From NCBI GenBank assembly GCA_043228905.1, contig JBHGNT010000010.1, forward strand, positions 10,168,001 to 10,232,000: 64,000 bases of DNA, given 5' to 3'. Positions within the stretch are counted from its first letter, which is position 1. Every line of letters starts with the position of its first letter. Positions 1 to 12,410 of this stretch are shown in pieces. This stretch comes from Azolla caroliniana. Lineage: Eukaryota; Plantae; Polypodiophyta. Position numbers and translations under genes: made by a program. Below the pieces are notes generated by a model. The model searched no databases. It was not told the origin of the DNA and saw nothing but the letters and a program-made list of their open reading frames with translations.

Positions 1-199
1 TCCTTGCTTACAATGTGGCCGAGCAATGCGTCGTTTGTTACTCCGAATGTGCATTTTACCGAATTCAGGCTCAATCTTGCATTTTGGCACTTTTCCAACC
101 ACATCCGGAGGTGATCCAAATGCTCCTTCTTCTGGCTTTACACAGGAAAATTATCCAGGAAAACCTACATAAAGGCCAGGATGTACTCCCCAAAGATCT
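1..199 (-). pseudogene. Ty3/Gypsy (Athila-like) RT fragment; continuation of the element at 23016-25435
   Basis: The minus strand reads KIFGEYILAFM*VFLDNF...WLEKC..RLSLNSVKCTFGV...LLGHIVSK, homologous to the start of ORF 16625. It joins the ...QINMEI end of ORF 23010..23417. Confidence 0.85.
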
Positions 200-476
200 T
201 GAAAAGAAGATGAACGTAGGTGGTGTTATGCAATGGAAGCAAGCCATGTGTGTGTGAGAGTGCACGTAAGGCAACACACACACACACACACACACACAAC
301 TTGAACAAGAAGCTATATTACATCCAACAATCATGACTAAGTTACAAAGAGTTGGTTTAAATACCAACTAGTCTAGGGCAAGTGCCCTTTCTACTAATTA
401 CAAATCTAGCCTAGTATGATGTCCACTAGCTAGTGTGAACATTGTCTCTATGGGAGGTTGAGTTCGATTCTCAACA
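200..476 (-). repeat. 3' LTR of Copia A with (CA)n tract
   Basis: TGAAAAGAAG...TCTCAACA, homologous to 12411-12550 plus 22804-23015. Decayed PPT complement (caccccttc) follows at 477. Confidence 0.85.
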
Positions 477-679
477 CACCCCTTCAAACACAACTTCCAG
501 ATGCCAAAAAGTTGGTTCTGTTCGATCTTTGAAAAATTTCAATTCAACTGAATCAACTTTAGCTTTCGACTGCTCAATTACTTCATGCTCCTTGTTCAGC
601 TCTTGGCTCGATTGTTATGGTACTTCAACTCCTTTGGTCAACTTCGATCAACTTATCGGCTGTTGTTTGACATCAATGA

Positions 680-2597
680 TCAATGTTGTTTTTCAGTACT
701 CCCCCTCAAGCGTGGCTGGTGGATGATGGAGAGACCAAGGTCCGTCCCGAATTGCCGCAGCATGTCGATCCCGATCGTTTTTATGAAGATGTCAGCTACG
801 TGAAAATTCATGCTAATGTGTTGTAAATCGACATCTCCAACCTGAATGCGCTCTCGTATGAAGTGGTAGTCCACTTCGATATGCTTAGTCCGCGCGTGGA
901 ATACAAGATTCTGAGCCAAGTAGATATTTCTCATGTTGTCGCAATATAGGAAAATTGGATCCTTGATGGGAATGCCCAAATCCTCAGTATGTGCTTTAGC
1001 CAGACGGCCTCGTATGTGGCAACTATTGCGCCCCTGTATTCGGCCTATGTGCTCGACAGTGTGATTGTTGACTGCTTTTTGCTGCTCCAAGAGATTGCTC
1101 CACGGCCAAGGGAGAAGACAAATCCCGAAGTCGATCGTCTATCGGCCTTATAGCGGGCCCATTCTGCATTCGTGTACTCTTAGGAGGGGAGTGATCGTAT
1201 CCGACTTGTATATGATGCTGAAATCCATCATCCCACAAACATACCTAAGTACCCCCTTAGCATAATCGAGATGAACATTTCAAGGATTTTGCGTGAATTA
1301 GCTAAGTAAGCCGACTGAATAGCTGAGTTCGGGTCGTGTGATGGTTAGATAGATTAGGCTACGGATCAGTTGTTGATACACAGTCGGCACACTCTTTTAT
1401 TCCCAAATCGGCATTGAGTTTGAGATTTCGATCGAGAGGGGTAGACACAAGTTTGCACTTTGTCATTCCGAACTTGTCGAGTAAGTTGAGAATGTAGTGT
1501 CTTTGAGAGATCAATATCCAGATTGGTGTCTGAATTATTTCGATACCAGGGAAGTAATGGAGCTCGTGCATATCTTTCATTTCAAATTTGTCGGATAAGA
1601 ATGATTTGACCTTATTGATCTCGGCGAGATCCTTGCCTCCAGATCATCCACATACAGGATGATAACAATCGGGTTCTGCGACTCATTTCAGATGAAGGGA
1701 ACCTGATTTGGTATGGATATTGGGTGATTTTTGAGTGCCAAGCACACATTGCTTGCTTGACACCGTATAAAGGATTCTGGAGTCGGCATACTGCTTTCAG
1801 GTGTTTGCTCAATTTGAAACCGGGTGGTTGAAACATGAAGACCTCCTTGTCTAATTTTCCTTGGAGAAAGCCGTTCTTTACATCCATTTGGTGGAGATGC
1901 CACCCTTGTGCAGCTACAAGAGCGATGATTGTTCGAACAGTCGTCATCTTTGCCACCGAGGCAAAGCTCTCTTCGTAATTGACTCCGTGTCTTTGAGTGT
2001 TTCCCTTACCTACAAGTCGTGCCTTGTAGCAATTTATTGAGTCGTCCGCATTATATTTTATTTTGAAAATCTATCTAGAGCTGTTTGCTTTCTTGCTTAA
2101 ATTATGGGGGATAAGTTCCCATGTCTGGTTTTTCTTAAGGACTGCATTTCTTCATTCATGGCTTCGATCCATCATGGATCCTTGGCTGCCTCAAAAAAGG
2201 TCTCCGGTTCTCGAGTTATCGTCACCTTCATCATAAAGGCATAATGATATGCCATATACTCATTGTAGCCGAATCAGCTAACCGGGTTTTTCTCTCGGGT
2301 GGAGTGACAGAGCTTCTCATTTGTAGAGTGTAAGGCTTTCTTTGCTCCATTTGTCCGGATGATTGGATTATCGAGGCCTTTGAACTCATTGTCGAGGGAG
2401 TGAGTTGACTCATTGTCGATGGGATCTTCGTATTCCGACATCTTGGACTTCCCTTTGTCGAGGTTCGGACTTGGCTGAGATGTGCTTTGGTTACTCGGCG
2501 GCTCTTGTGGTTCCCTCAACGTTTTTTTAATCAGACTTTCTTCAAACGTGCCCCTTAGTCGAACTTCGTCTTCTATCTCTTGTTCAGCCGATTCCGA
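680..2597 (-). pseudogene. Copia A RT/RNase H remnant
   Basis: Motifs HQMDVKNGFLQG, MKDMHELHYF and HARTKHIEVDYHFIRE are spread over broken ORFs. Confidence 0.9.
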
Positions 2598-3109
2598 TGT
2601 CGTGATGGTTTCGACACATAGTGTGAAACCACCCTCAAAAGAGAATAAAATAGTAGTCCAAATAAACTAATGTTGTTAAATCAACTATAGTAATAAATGA
2701 AAGGATAAAAAGTTAGAAGCAATTTTCGAAAGTAGACAAAAATAGAGAAAAAGATAGGAAAGGAAAAGCTAGCCGTGGATATGATGAGCAAGGTCGAGTA
2801 AAAAGCTCATAATTTCCTCGTCCAATGTCCAAATTAGAAAAGGAAAGATGCATAAGAAAGCTAACAGAAATAGATTTCTAAGAGTAGCTTGCATCATTAC
2901 GAAACAGAAATAGTGATAAAAAGAAACTTTTGGGAAAAAGAAAGAAAGGAAGGAAGCAAGCAATCCTAAACCTATAAATAAGAGCTTATTTTAAGAAGAA
3001 GGGGGAGGGGATTTGATGAAGAAAAGATTTATGCTTCCTCTCTCATGATCTCTTTCTTTAAACTTTTCTTATGTATAAGTAAAATTAAGTGTTATTCATG
3101 CTTTCTTAC

Positions 3110-6100
3110 TGTTGAGATACAAGCTCAACATTGGCCGGATGGGCTGTGCAAGCCGAGAACCGGATCGGTTAGGCCGGACCGGTGCATAAACCGGGTGCGT
3201 AAACCTGGTGCACAGACCAGTGCGCAACGAGAAGCCGTAGCGGTGCGTAAACCGCGAGGCCGTTGGGAAGATATTCCGAGTAGGAATATATTTTGGGAGT
3301 TAGTGTAGAGCTCACTTATGAGCATTGAAGTACATGTCAGTACTTATGTCAGTCCATATGGACTTGTATAAAAGTGCTCACTGAGCACATCCTATATACA
3401 GACTAATTATTATTTTTTGAATTGAGTTTGTGTGCATTCTCTCTCTCTCTATCTCTCCTACGTACTGTGTATATTCAAGCTCTCCATTAAACCTGCCTTT
3501 CAATGTTCGGTTTTCTATTGCTTCCGCACGCTATTGTTTTCACATGGTATAAGAGCGCGAGGGTTGAGAACCTCTGTAGCCGACCTTACTCAAAGAAGGA
3601 AACCTAACCTTCGTAAAGAATAGGAAAAACAAAACAGATAGAGGCATGGCTAGCTCACTTCCAACAGAGAAACTCGACAGAAACAACTACGCTTCTTGGT
3701 CTTACAAGATGCACCAGTACTTGCTCGGGCACGGTTATTGGAGCTATGTCGACAAACCAAAGGACACAGCACCCGATTCGACACACAAAGACTTCCCGGC
3801 TTGGGAACAATCAGCGAGCAAAGTCCTCTACTTCTTCGCGCCTTGTGTGGGCGAACAACTTCTAAGCTACATTCGAGATGCAAAAATGCCGAAAGATGCT
3901 TGGCGAAATCTGAAGAATTTCGCGACAAGCACTACAGCCAGGAAGCTTCAACTCCGATAGGAGTTGAGCAACTTACGACAATGTGACTTGTCGGTAACTG
4001 ATTACACCTCGAAGATCAAAGAGATATGCGACTCCTTAGCCTCTATCGATGTGAACGTCAAGGAAGGTGAGATGATGCAAATCTGTATTAGGGGACTGGC
4101 GTCGAAGTTCAGAGTGTTCCGAACTGTTGTGTGTACACGGGACAATACACCATCCTTTTTCGACCTACAGTCGATGCTCCTCATAGAGGAGAACCACACG
4201 GGTGCGTCAACAAGCACGCACACCGATAGCAAGATGTTGTACACGGAGGGAGATAGACCCCGTGGATGTGGCGGACGAGGTGAGTCAGTGCGCAATGGAG
4301 GTGGCCGGCAGGACCAAGGAAGAAGGCACCGAAGTGATGCCGACAACAATTCCAAACCCTCTAGAAACAGGGGGGAGTCGAGGCGATGAGAACCGGCAAG
4401 GGAAATCCGTCGCGCAATGCTAGTACTGCGACAAGAAAGGCCACAGGGAGAGCGAGTGCTGGAAAAAGCGTGCTGATTCGGAGAGAACCGGGTCCGGATC
4501 AAGTTCCGGACAGACCAACAAAAGAAATCGGCAATGATCGCACTACGCCGAAGGATCTGGAAAAGCTAGAAAAGGATCAACCTTCGTGACAAGACACAAA
4601 GCAAACTCGACGAAGAAGATCACCCCGAAGTCGGACGAGGTGTGGTACGTCGACTCCGGCGCGTCAAACCACATGACGTGCCACAAGGAGTGGTTCTTGT
4701 ACCTGGAAAAACTAATGCAACCAAGAGTAGTCGCAACTGGAGACGACACTCCGCATCCGATCGCGAATGTTGGTGAAGTTCCCCTGAGCCATGTCGGGGA
4801 AAAAGGGAAACTGATGAACGTGTTACACGTTCCAACAATCACGAAGAACCTGGTGTCGGTTGGACAGATCGTCGACCAGGGGATGCAGGTTTGGTTTACG
4901 CATCTCGGGTGCTTCATCAAGGAAGAAAGCCGAGTTATTACGCAAGGGCGCAGAGATGGGAGGATGTTTATCCTTGACTCTAGTGACAGTGGCACCGCAA
5001 TGTTCGCAAAGGGACAAAAAGTCCAGTCGGATATCGACTTGTGGCACAAGTGGATAGGTCATGTCAACTATCAACGGCGTGAAGACCTACAATCGAAACA
5101 AGTGGTGTTCGGATTGCCCAAATTTAGTGGCCGGAGGGCACAAATTTGTGAAGCCTGCCAATTAGGGAAGCAACACCGACTTCCTTTCCCAAACGAGCGT
5201 AACTGGAGCCGGAACAAGCTCGATTTGATACATACCGATGTATGGGGACTAGCACAAAACGTTAGTCTTGGCAGGAGCCGATATTTCGTCTACTTCATCG
5301 ATGACTATACGCGGCACACGTGAATCTACCACATGAGAAGAAGAGTGAAGTCTTCGACTGTTTCCAGGACCTCAAAGGGTTCGTGGAAGCGGAAACAGGA
5401 AGATGGGAATTCGGTTGGAATTCAGTTGTAGATACACGCCGGAGCAAAACGGCGTGGCCGAGAGGAAGAACCGGTCAATTGTAAAAGCGGCACGGGCAAT
5501 GCTGGAGTGAGGTCAGCAAGGCCGAGATGCCTCCGGATGAGCTTGAAATCGGGACCTGTGAAGAGAGTCCAATTTCGTTTCGGTTAAGCGGACCAAATGG
5601 ACAACTAAGTCGGTTTGACCAGTCCGATGAAGAGCCAGCGAGTAGTGACGACTCGGCCATGCATTCCCCGCGTAGGAAGCCGAGACGGTTTCCACGCAAG
5701 GAAAAAGGGAAGAAGAAGGTGTCAGATTACGGCACGGATAGGAATCAGTCAGATCGACACGAGTCCGACTCCGAGGGAAGTGATGACGGGTCTTCGAGAG
5801 CAAAATCCGTGTTGGCTAAGAAAGCCTCAGCATCGGCTAATGAACAATTACGCCGATCTACCTGCCAGAAGAACCCTGTTGTGCGGTTCGGATACAACGA
5901 GTACATGGTGCATCACTATGCGTACATGACCCGTGTAGCGGAAGTGCGTGAGCTAGAGAGCTACACAGAAGCGGTGAAGGATGCGAATTGGCATGCCGCA
6001 ATGGAGGAAGAGATATGCGCATTGGCGGAGAATGAAACCTAGGACCTAGTTGACGCACCGAAAGGTGTGAAGCCGATTGGATGTAGGTGGGTGTACAAGG

Positions 6101-8416
6101 TCAAGTACAACACTGATGGCTTGGTAAACCGATACAAGGCCCAATTAGTAGCAAAAGGCTATGCGCAGCAACATGGCATCGACTACGATGAGATGTTTGA
6201 ACCGGTCGCGAAGATGACGACCATCCGTGTTTTGCTCGTGGTAGCTGCGGCAAAGGGGTGGCACTTACATCAGATGGATGTAAAGAATGCGTTCCTGCAA
6301 GGTGAGCTTGAGGAACAGGTATACATGGTACAGCCCCCCGGATTTCACTCCGGACCAAACACCTCAGTGGTGTGCCGGTTGACGAAGTCCCTTTATGGAC
6401 TAAAGCAAGCCCCGCGTGCCTGGAAGGCGAAAATCACGCAGCGTTTGTGTCGGACGGGTTTTGCAACGTCCAAATCAGACTCCTCACTGTTCATCCAGAA
6501 AGATCGACTCGGATTGGTTAGCATTTTACTTTATGTTGATGACTTGGTCATCACCGGCGCCGATCTAGGTGAGATTGGTCGCATGAAGCTCCAGCTTGCA
6601 ACATCATTTGACATGAAGGACCTGGGGGAACTTCATTACTTCCTCAGGATCGAAGTGATCTGCACCCCCGAAGGCATACTGATCATGCAATGGCATTACA
6701 TGTTGAGCATGCTCTTCAAATTCGGGATGGCCGACTCTAAGTCCGTCTCGTCTCGACTCCTCTAGATAGAACCGTCAAGCTTCGCCCCGATTCTGGAAAG
6801 GTATGCGACCCGACAAGGTTCCACCAGATCGTCGAAAGCCTTATATACTTGACCATCACCCGACCAGATCTCAGCTACCCGGTCGGGGTGACTAGTCAGT
6901 TCATGGCACGACCTACCGAGGAGCACCTTCAGTGTGCGCAATGCGTACTACGGTACGTAAGTGGCACTAAGGACCGGGGGCTACTATATCGGACCGGTAC
7001 AATCCCCCAGTTGGTCGGCTACACCGATGCCAACTGGGCCGGCAACGTCGCCGATCGCCAATCCACATCCGGTTTCGCGTTCTCTCTTGGGAGTGCCACG
7101 ATCGCGTGGAGTAGCAAGAAGCAGCCGACAGTTGCACTATCGAGCACCAAAGCCAAGTATAGAGGAGCGGTTGTCGCGACATGCGAAGCCATATGGTTGA
7201 AACGGCTACTTAAGGATCTACAGGTGGAGGTATCCGATCCAATGACAATCCACTACGACAACCTCTGTAGCATCCAGTTAGCAAAGAACCCCATCTTCCA
7301 CACCCGGACTAAGCACATTGGGGTACACTACCATTTCGTTCATGAGCGTGTCCTCTTCGGTGAAGTTGAACTTCAATATGTTCCGACGGATCGGCAGACC
7401 GCTAACATCTTCACCAAGCCTCTTGGTCTGGACAAGTTGCGGCAATTCTCGGGTGCCCTTGGTTTGCGTCACCTCGATGTGCCGGACTTGAGGGGGAGAG
7501 ACCACGGAAGGGGGAGAGAAGTTTTGGAAGACTACAATGCCGAGTTGGATGATGAATTCGATTTCAGAATGTGGACATAAGGGGAGCAGTCAAAAGAAAG
7601 AGCCGAAGCCAACCAAGCGTGGGGGAGACAAAGCCATCAAGGGTGGGAAGATTGAAGACGAGTTGGAGATAGCCAACTCAAATGAGAGCGAAAACCAATC
7701 GGAGGAAGCTGAGTCGGTTCGGATGTTTGATTCAGATACGCTGAATCAACCAAGGGCCAAGCGAAAGAGAAGGTAGCAGAAGAGGCGCCAACACTACAAC
7801 AACAAGGAAGCTGAGAAGGGCAATGTGAGCAGACAAGCTAACCGGAAGGGTCGAAGCGCGCGGAATCGAACAGGTCGAGGAGCGCGAGCAAGGCGTGAAG
7901 CCAGAAGGAATCGGAGCATAGATATGGGAGAGCAGATGGAACCTCAAGTTGAGCTTGAGGGGGAATATTGAAATACAAGCTCAACATTGGCCGGATCGGC
8001 TGTACAAGACGAGAACCGGATCGGTTGGGATCGATCGGTTAGACCAGACCAATGCGTAAATCGGGTGCGTAAACCAGGTGCGCAAACCGGTGCACAACGA
8101 GAAGCCGTAGCGGTGCGTAAACCGCGAGGCCATTGGAAAGATATTTCGAACTTAGGAATATATTTTGGGAGTTAGTGTAGAGCTCACTTATGAGCATTGA
8201 AGTACGTGTCAGTACTTCTATCAATCCATATGGACTTGTATAAAAGTGCTCACTGAGCACATTCTATGTACAAACTGAGTATTATTTTTTGAATTGAGTT
8301 TGTGTGCATTCTCTCTCTCTGTGTCTCTCCCGCGTATTATGTATATTCAAGCTCTCCATTAAACCTGTGTTTCTGTGTTCAGTTTTCTATTGCTTCCGCA
8401 CGCTATTCTTTTCACA
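3110..8416 (+). mobile_element. Copia B, full-length but decayed Ty1/Copia
   Basis: LTRs at 3110-3544 and 7966-8416. TSD CTTAC at 3105-3109 and 8417-8421. PBS tggtataagagc at 3545, PPT at 7958-7965. Confidence 0.95.
3646..7580 (+). pseudogene. Copia B gag-pol with stops, frameshifts and integrase deletions
   Basis: Motifs [11 protein letters not shown] (PR), LWHK..GH and CEAC (INT zinc finger), LYVDD (RT) and HTRTKHI (RH). Deletions near 5403 and 5509. Confidence 0.9.
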
Positions 8417-8658
8417 CTTACTCATAAGAATAATTAAGTATAATTCAATCTCGCATAATCTCCTACTCAAAGATTTGCTTATGCATAAATGTAATTAACT
8501 ATTATTCGATCTCTTATACTACCAATTTACTCTTATTAGAGGGAAATCTCTCTTCTTTAAGCTTAAAGTGCATTCAACATTAAGCCCTAAATCCTTCTGA
8601 TCTAGAATCCCGACGGTTCCGCCTCACGATCCGCACTTACTGGCGTATTTTCATGACA

Positions 8659-9665
8659 TTTTGTCGATGGTAGTCAAAATCGGAGTCGTCTCTAGTTCGT
8701 AACAAGATGCCGACTCGTTGAGAATGACGTCTCGACTCACTCGAACTTTTCTGGTAGATGGATTGTAGCATTTGTACCCCTTTTGTTTGAGTGAGTACAT
8801 TATGAGGGTACATTTCTCCAACTTCGGGTCTAGCTTTTGTCGCTTCTCATCGGTAATATGCACATACGCGATTGAGCTGAATATCCAGATATGTGATAGA
8901 CCCAACTTCATTCCGAAGAACTTCTCATGAAGGGTTACGTCGTGTACCCTAGAGGTTGTACATCTCTTTTCAGATAGACAGTTGTGTTAGCTGCTTCTGC
9001 CCATTACGATTTCAGCAGGTTCTTCTCGTTCATCATGGCCCTTGCTACCTCTACTATCTCCCAATTCTTTCATTCAGCTTGTCCGTTTTGCTAAGGTTTC
9101 TATCAATATGAGAATTCTCATTGAATTCCTTCCTTTCGATGGTACGCCGTAAACTTGTCCGAGAAGTACTCTTTGCCTCCATCCGATTGAAGGCATCGAA
9201 CATGCCAACTTGTGGCTTTTCGACTTTGTTTTTAAACCTTTGGAAGTGTCCGAACACTTCACTCTTCTACGACATCGGATATATCTAGACATGCCTGGAG
9301 AAGTCGTTGATGAATGAGACATAATATCGACATCCGCCGAATGTGGTTGTCTGTGTCGGTTCCCATACATCTAAATGTACGACATCTAGGATACCTTTTC
9401 TTACATTCCCTTCTTTTGGGAATGGTTGTCAGTGTTGTTTGCCGAATTGGCATGCTTCACATACGCTTGTAATCTCCTTCTTGTTAAATGTTGGACGTCC
9501 GATTACGACTCCTTTCGATTGCATCCTCTTAAGCTTTTGGAGATTAATGTGGCCAATTCGCTTGTGCCACAGTTTCAAGTCGGTTTCGATTTTGATGTCG
9601 TTTTGCGAAGATGGAAAACTTCACCTCGCTTGACTCGACGATAAACATTCAATCTTCTTAAAGAT
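8659..9665 (-). pseudogene. Copia A integrase remnant
   Basis: YVHITDEKRQKLDPK..KC...KGYKCYNP and LWHK motifs. Confidence 0.85.
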
Positions 9666-11026
9666 TGTTGTGAAGATTTTCGGCAATGGTGTGAAAATTG
9701 CGAGGAACATACAAAATCGAGAGTGGTTCTTCACACACGATATAAAACAATAATAATATCTTGGTACGAAATGATGGATGTCTTCAAGAGCTTTCGAATG
9801 TACTTTACTACATTTGAAATGGACAACTAAATGTCAAGTTATGTGAATATGATGTTTGAGAAGAAGAAGAGAAAACAAAATTATAAGGTATCCCACATAG
9901 ATAGGACAAATCAGGATCCCACATTATATAGGCACAATATCACTTTCTATCTATGTGTGGAGCATAGAATGTTCTTGGACTAAATTGTGGCTTAACTACT
10001 CGTAATGGTTTTGGAGAACCGGGACCGGGACCGGACAGACGACGACGGAATCGGAACCGGGACCGGACCAGCGGACGGAACCAATAGACGGCACCGGAAT
10101 CGGACCAGATGGACTGGATCATTGGGTCGGATGCGGACCAGATCGATCGATAAGTTGATCGCGATGATTTCGGTGTGAAACGAACAAAATCAGCTAGACT
10201 AAAAAACCTAGTAAAAATTTCTATACAAAGGGATGCAAGCAAGGCTTGAACCTTGCACCTCCAAGTTAGGAGGTAGTAAACTTACCACTAAAACAAATCA
10301 TTTCTTTAGAAATGTTTTTTCTATCATTATAATTTCACATGTAAATTCTCATATTAGAGCTTGAATAAGTGACATGGTTATCATGCATCACATGTAATAC
10401 ATGAGCGCCAAATGGAAAACATGCATCACATGCATTGTATGCATGTCTTGTACCCTCACATGCATCATATGCATGGAGACATCTATAAAAGAGTGGATGA
10501 AAAATATCAAAGGGAGCTAGGTATTAATCAAGAGTTTAATAAGAAGAAAATTCGTTATCCAATTGATGATATTGTGAAATGCGAGATCAAAACCAATCTA
10601 CTTAGCTTCTTACTTCTTAATCAATTTATAGTTGATACAACGGAACCCATTTGGGTTGGCTTGGCTAAAAAGGGTGGGTCATTTTGGGCACACACATCCT
10701 AAAAACGGTGTGCTAAAAGGGTGGGTCAACTTGGGTACGTGCACCCTAAAAAGGGTGAGCTAAAAGGGTGGCACAAAGGAACACATGCATACCACAATAT
10801 ATCTTGTTCCTCAAATCTAAAGTCAAGGGTTCAATCTTAATCTCTCTCTCCATTTCAATCTCTCTCAATCTAAAGTCAAGCATTCTATCTTATCTCAATC
10901 TCTCTCTCTTTCAATCTATCTTAAATACTTTCTCGCTAAAGCTAGTGCAAACGTCGAATCCTTCCGGTCCAGAACCCCGTCGGTTACGCCTCACGATCCA
11001 CATGTAGTGACAGATATTTCATGACA
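9666..11026 (+). mobile_element. Solo LTR 2 (TGTCGTGA family) inserted in Copia A
   Basis: Ends TGTTGTGAAG...TTCATGACA. It interrupts the Copia motif IAHG..RMFI. An internal block is homologous to 60160-60272 (reverse complement). Short tandem repeats at 10660-10780. Confidence 0.75.
10232..10298 (-). promoter_or_regulatory. tRNA-like Pol III A/B-box module within solo LTR 2
   Basis: The reverse complement reads ...tttagtggtaag...ggttcaagcc with tRNA-like spacing. No intact cloverleaf. Confidence 0.5.
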
Positions 11027-12300
11027 CCGTGCGCTATGATTTGATCATCTTTTTCAATGAAGCACCCTTCATTATTGAACCGCACTTGGATGCGTTGTTC
11101 TACTATCTAGCCAATTGAGACCATAATTTTTCGTGATGGTTGGGACATGCAAGACGTTTTTTAGGTAAGTTTGTTTGCCATCGTTCCCGAATGGGATATT
11201 TCTGATCTACTGAATCAAGTGAGTTGTGTCATCTCTGGTTTTGACATAGTCGGGCCGATTGGGCTTTCATAATTCTTGGAACCAATCCTCATGGGACGTC
11301 ATATGATTGGATTCTGCGGAGTCGACAAACCATACATTATCCGAAGGAGAGGTGCTTGTCTCACCTTGTGTTGACATTGAATGCGCTTTGTGCCTCACCA
11401 TGAACATTCCGTCACGATCGTCGTAGTCGGAATTTGAAGCATAGTTAGTGAGTTTTTCGGCTAGTCGAAGCCAATTCTCGTTGCTTCTTTTGGCACTCCT
11501 CTTTGTAGTGGCCTAGTTTTCCACTATACCCACATTCGGTCGGGTTATTGCGATGACTCAGTCCGGCAGGATGGCTCCCCCTTCTGCCGAACTCTCTAGG
11601 ATTGCTCCTACCATCTTGCCATTGGTAGGAGTTACGTTCTTGGGTCGGTTGACCCTATCGCCCTCGGCCGAATCAACCTCTATTTCCTCGGCCGAATCCT
11701 CCTCTATCACCCAACTGGGAGTAGAGCATTTGACTACCGGGTGCATTGCTCATTTGTCAGGCGTGATTTTCCTCCACCAAAAGTATCGACTGAAGGTTAA
11801 AAAAGGAAGGTGGATTCTCCCTTACGAGAATGGCTGATGTAATCATGTCAAATCGGGGTGCCAAGCCGCCGACGCATATTTGCAACATCTCTTCATCATC
11901 GATGACGATGTTGATTGATCCAAGGGTGTCACACAGCTCCTTGATCTTCAAGGTATAGCTAGTTATCGACATATCCCTCTGTTGCATATTATTCAACTCC
12001 TGTCGAAGTTAAACCTTTCATGCAACCGTAGTGGCCACAAAAAGCTTCTTGAGATTGCCCCAAGCTTCTTTTAGTGTTTTCAACTCTCGAATATAGCCGA
12101 GCATGTGATCATGTCCGCATCATGCAAGGCAATACAACACACAGCTTGCGGCCTGCTCCCACGCTGGGTAGTAGGCGTGTGTTGGGTTGGGTTGTGTTTC
12201 TTGAGCTCCTTTGATATAGTTCCAATAACCTTATCCGACAAGGTATTGGTGCACCTTGTCGAGCTTCTCCATAGGAAGACCACTTCCCATCTGAGTATTC
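11027..12300 (-). pseudogene. Copia A gag/protease remnant
   Basis: KIKELCDTLGSIN...LQSILLVEEN, homologous to Copia B gag. Confidence 0.85.
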
Positions 12301-12398
12301 ATGATGTCGATTTCTTTCTCTATTGCTTGAACCGGTTCTAATGATCGCCGGTGTTGTTATGACAACACAGTTCAACAAGTTTGATAATACAACCACAC

Positions 12399-12410
12399 GC
12401 TCTGATACCA
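12399..12410 (-). promoter_or_regulatory. Primer binding site (tRNA-iMet) of Copia A
   Basis: gctctgatacca is the reverse complement of TGGTATCAGAGC and abuts the LTR. Confidence 0.95.

Larger units (their letters stand above)
2598..8658 (+). mobile_element. Solo LTR 1 (TGTCGTGA...TCATGACA family), split by Copia B
   Basis: Both ends resemble those of 9666-11026 (start tgtcgtgatggtttcgacacatagtgtgaaa; end cgcctcacgatcc...tttcatgaca). TATA-like cctataaata near 2970. No clean TSD. Confidence 0.7.

Noticed and set aside
2591-2597. TSDs for solo LTR 1 and solo LTR 2
   Set aside because: The flanks do not match cleanly (ttccga versus ttttgt; agat versus ccgt), so no TSD is claimed.
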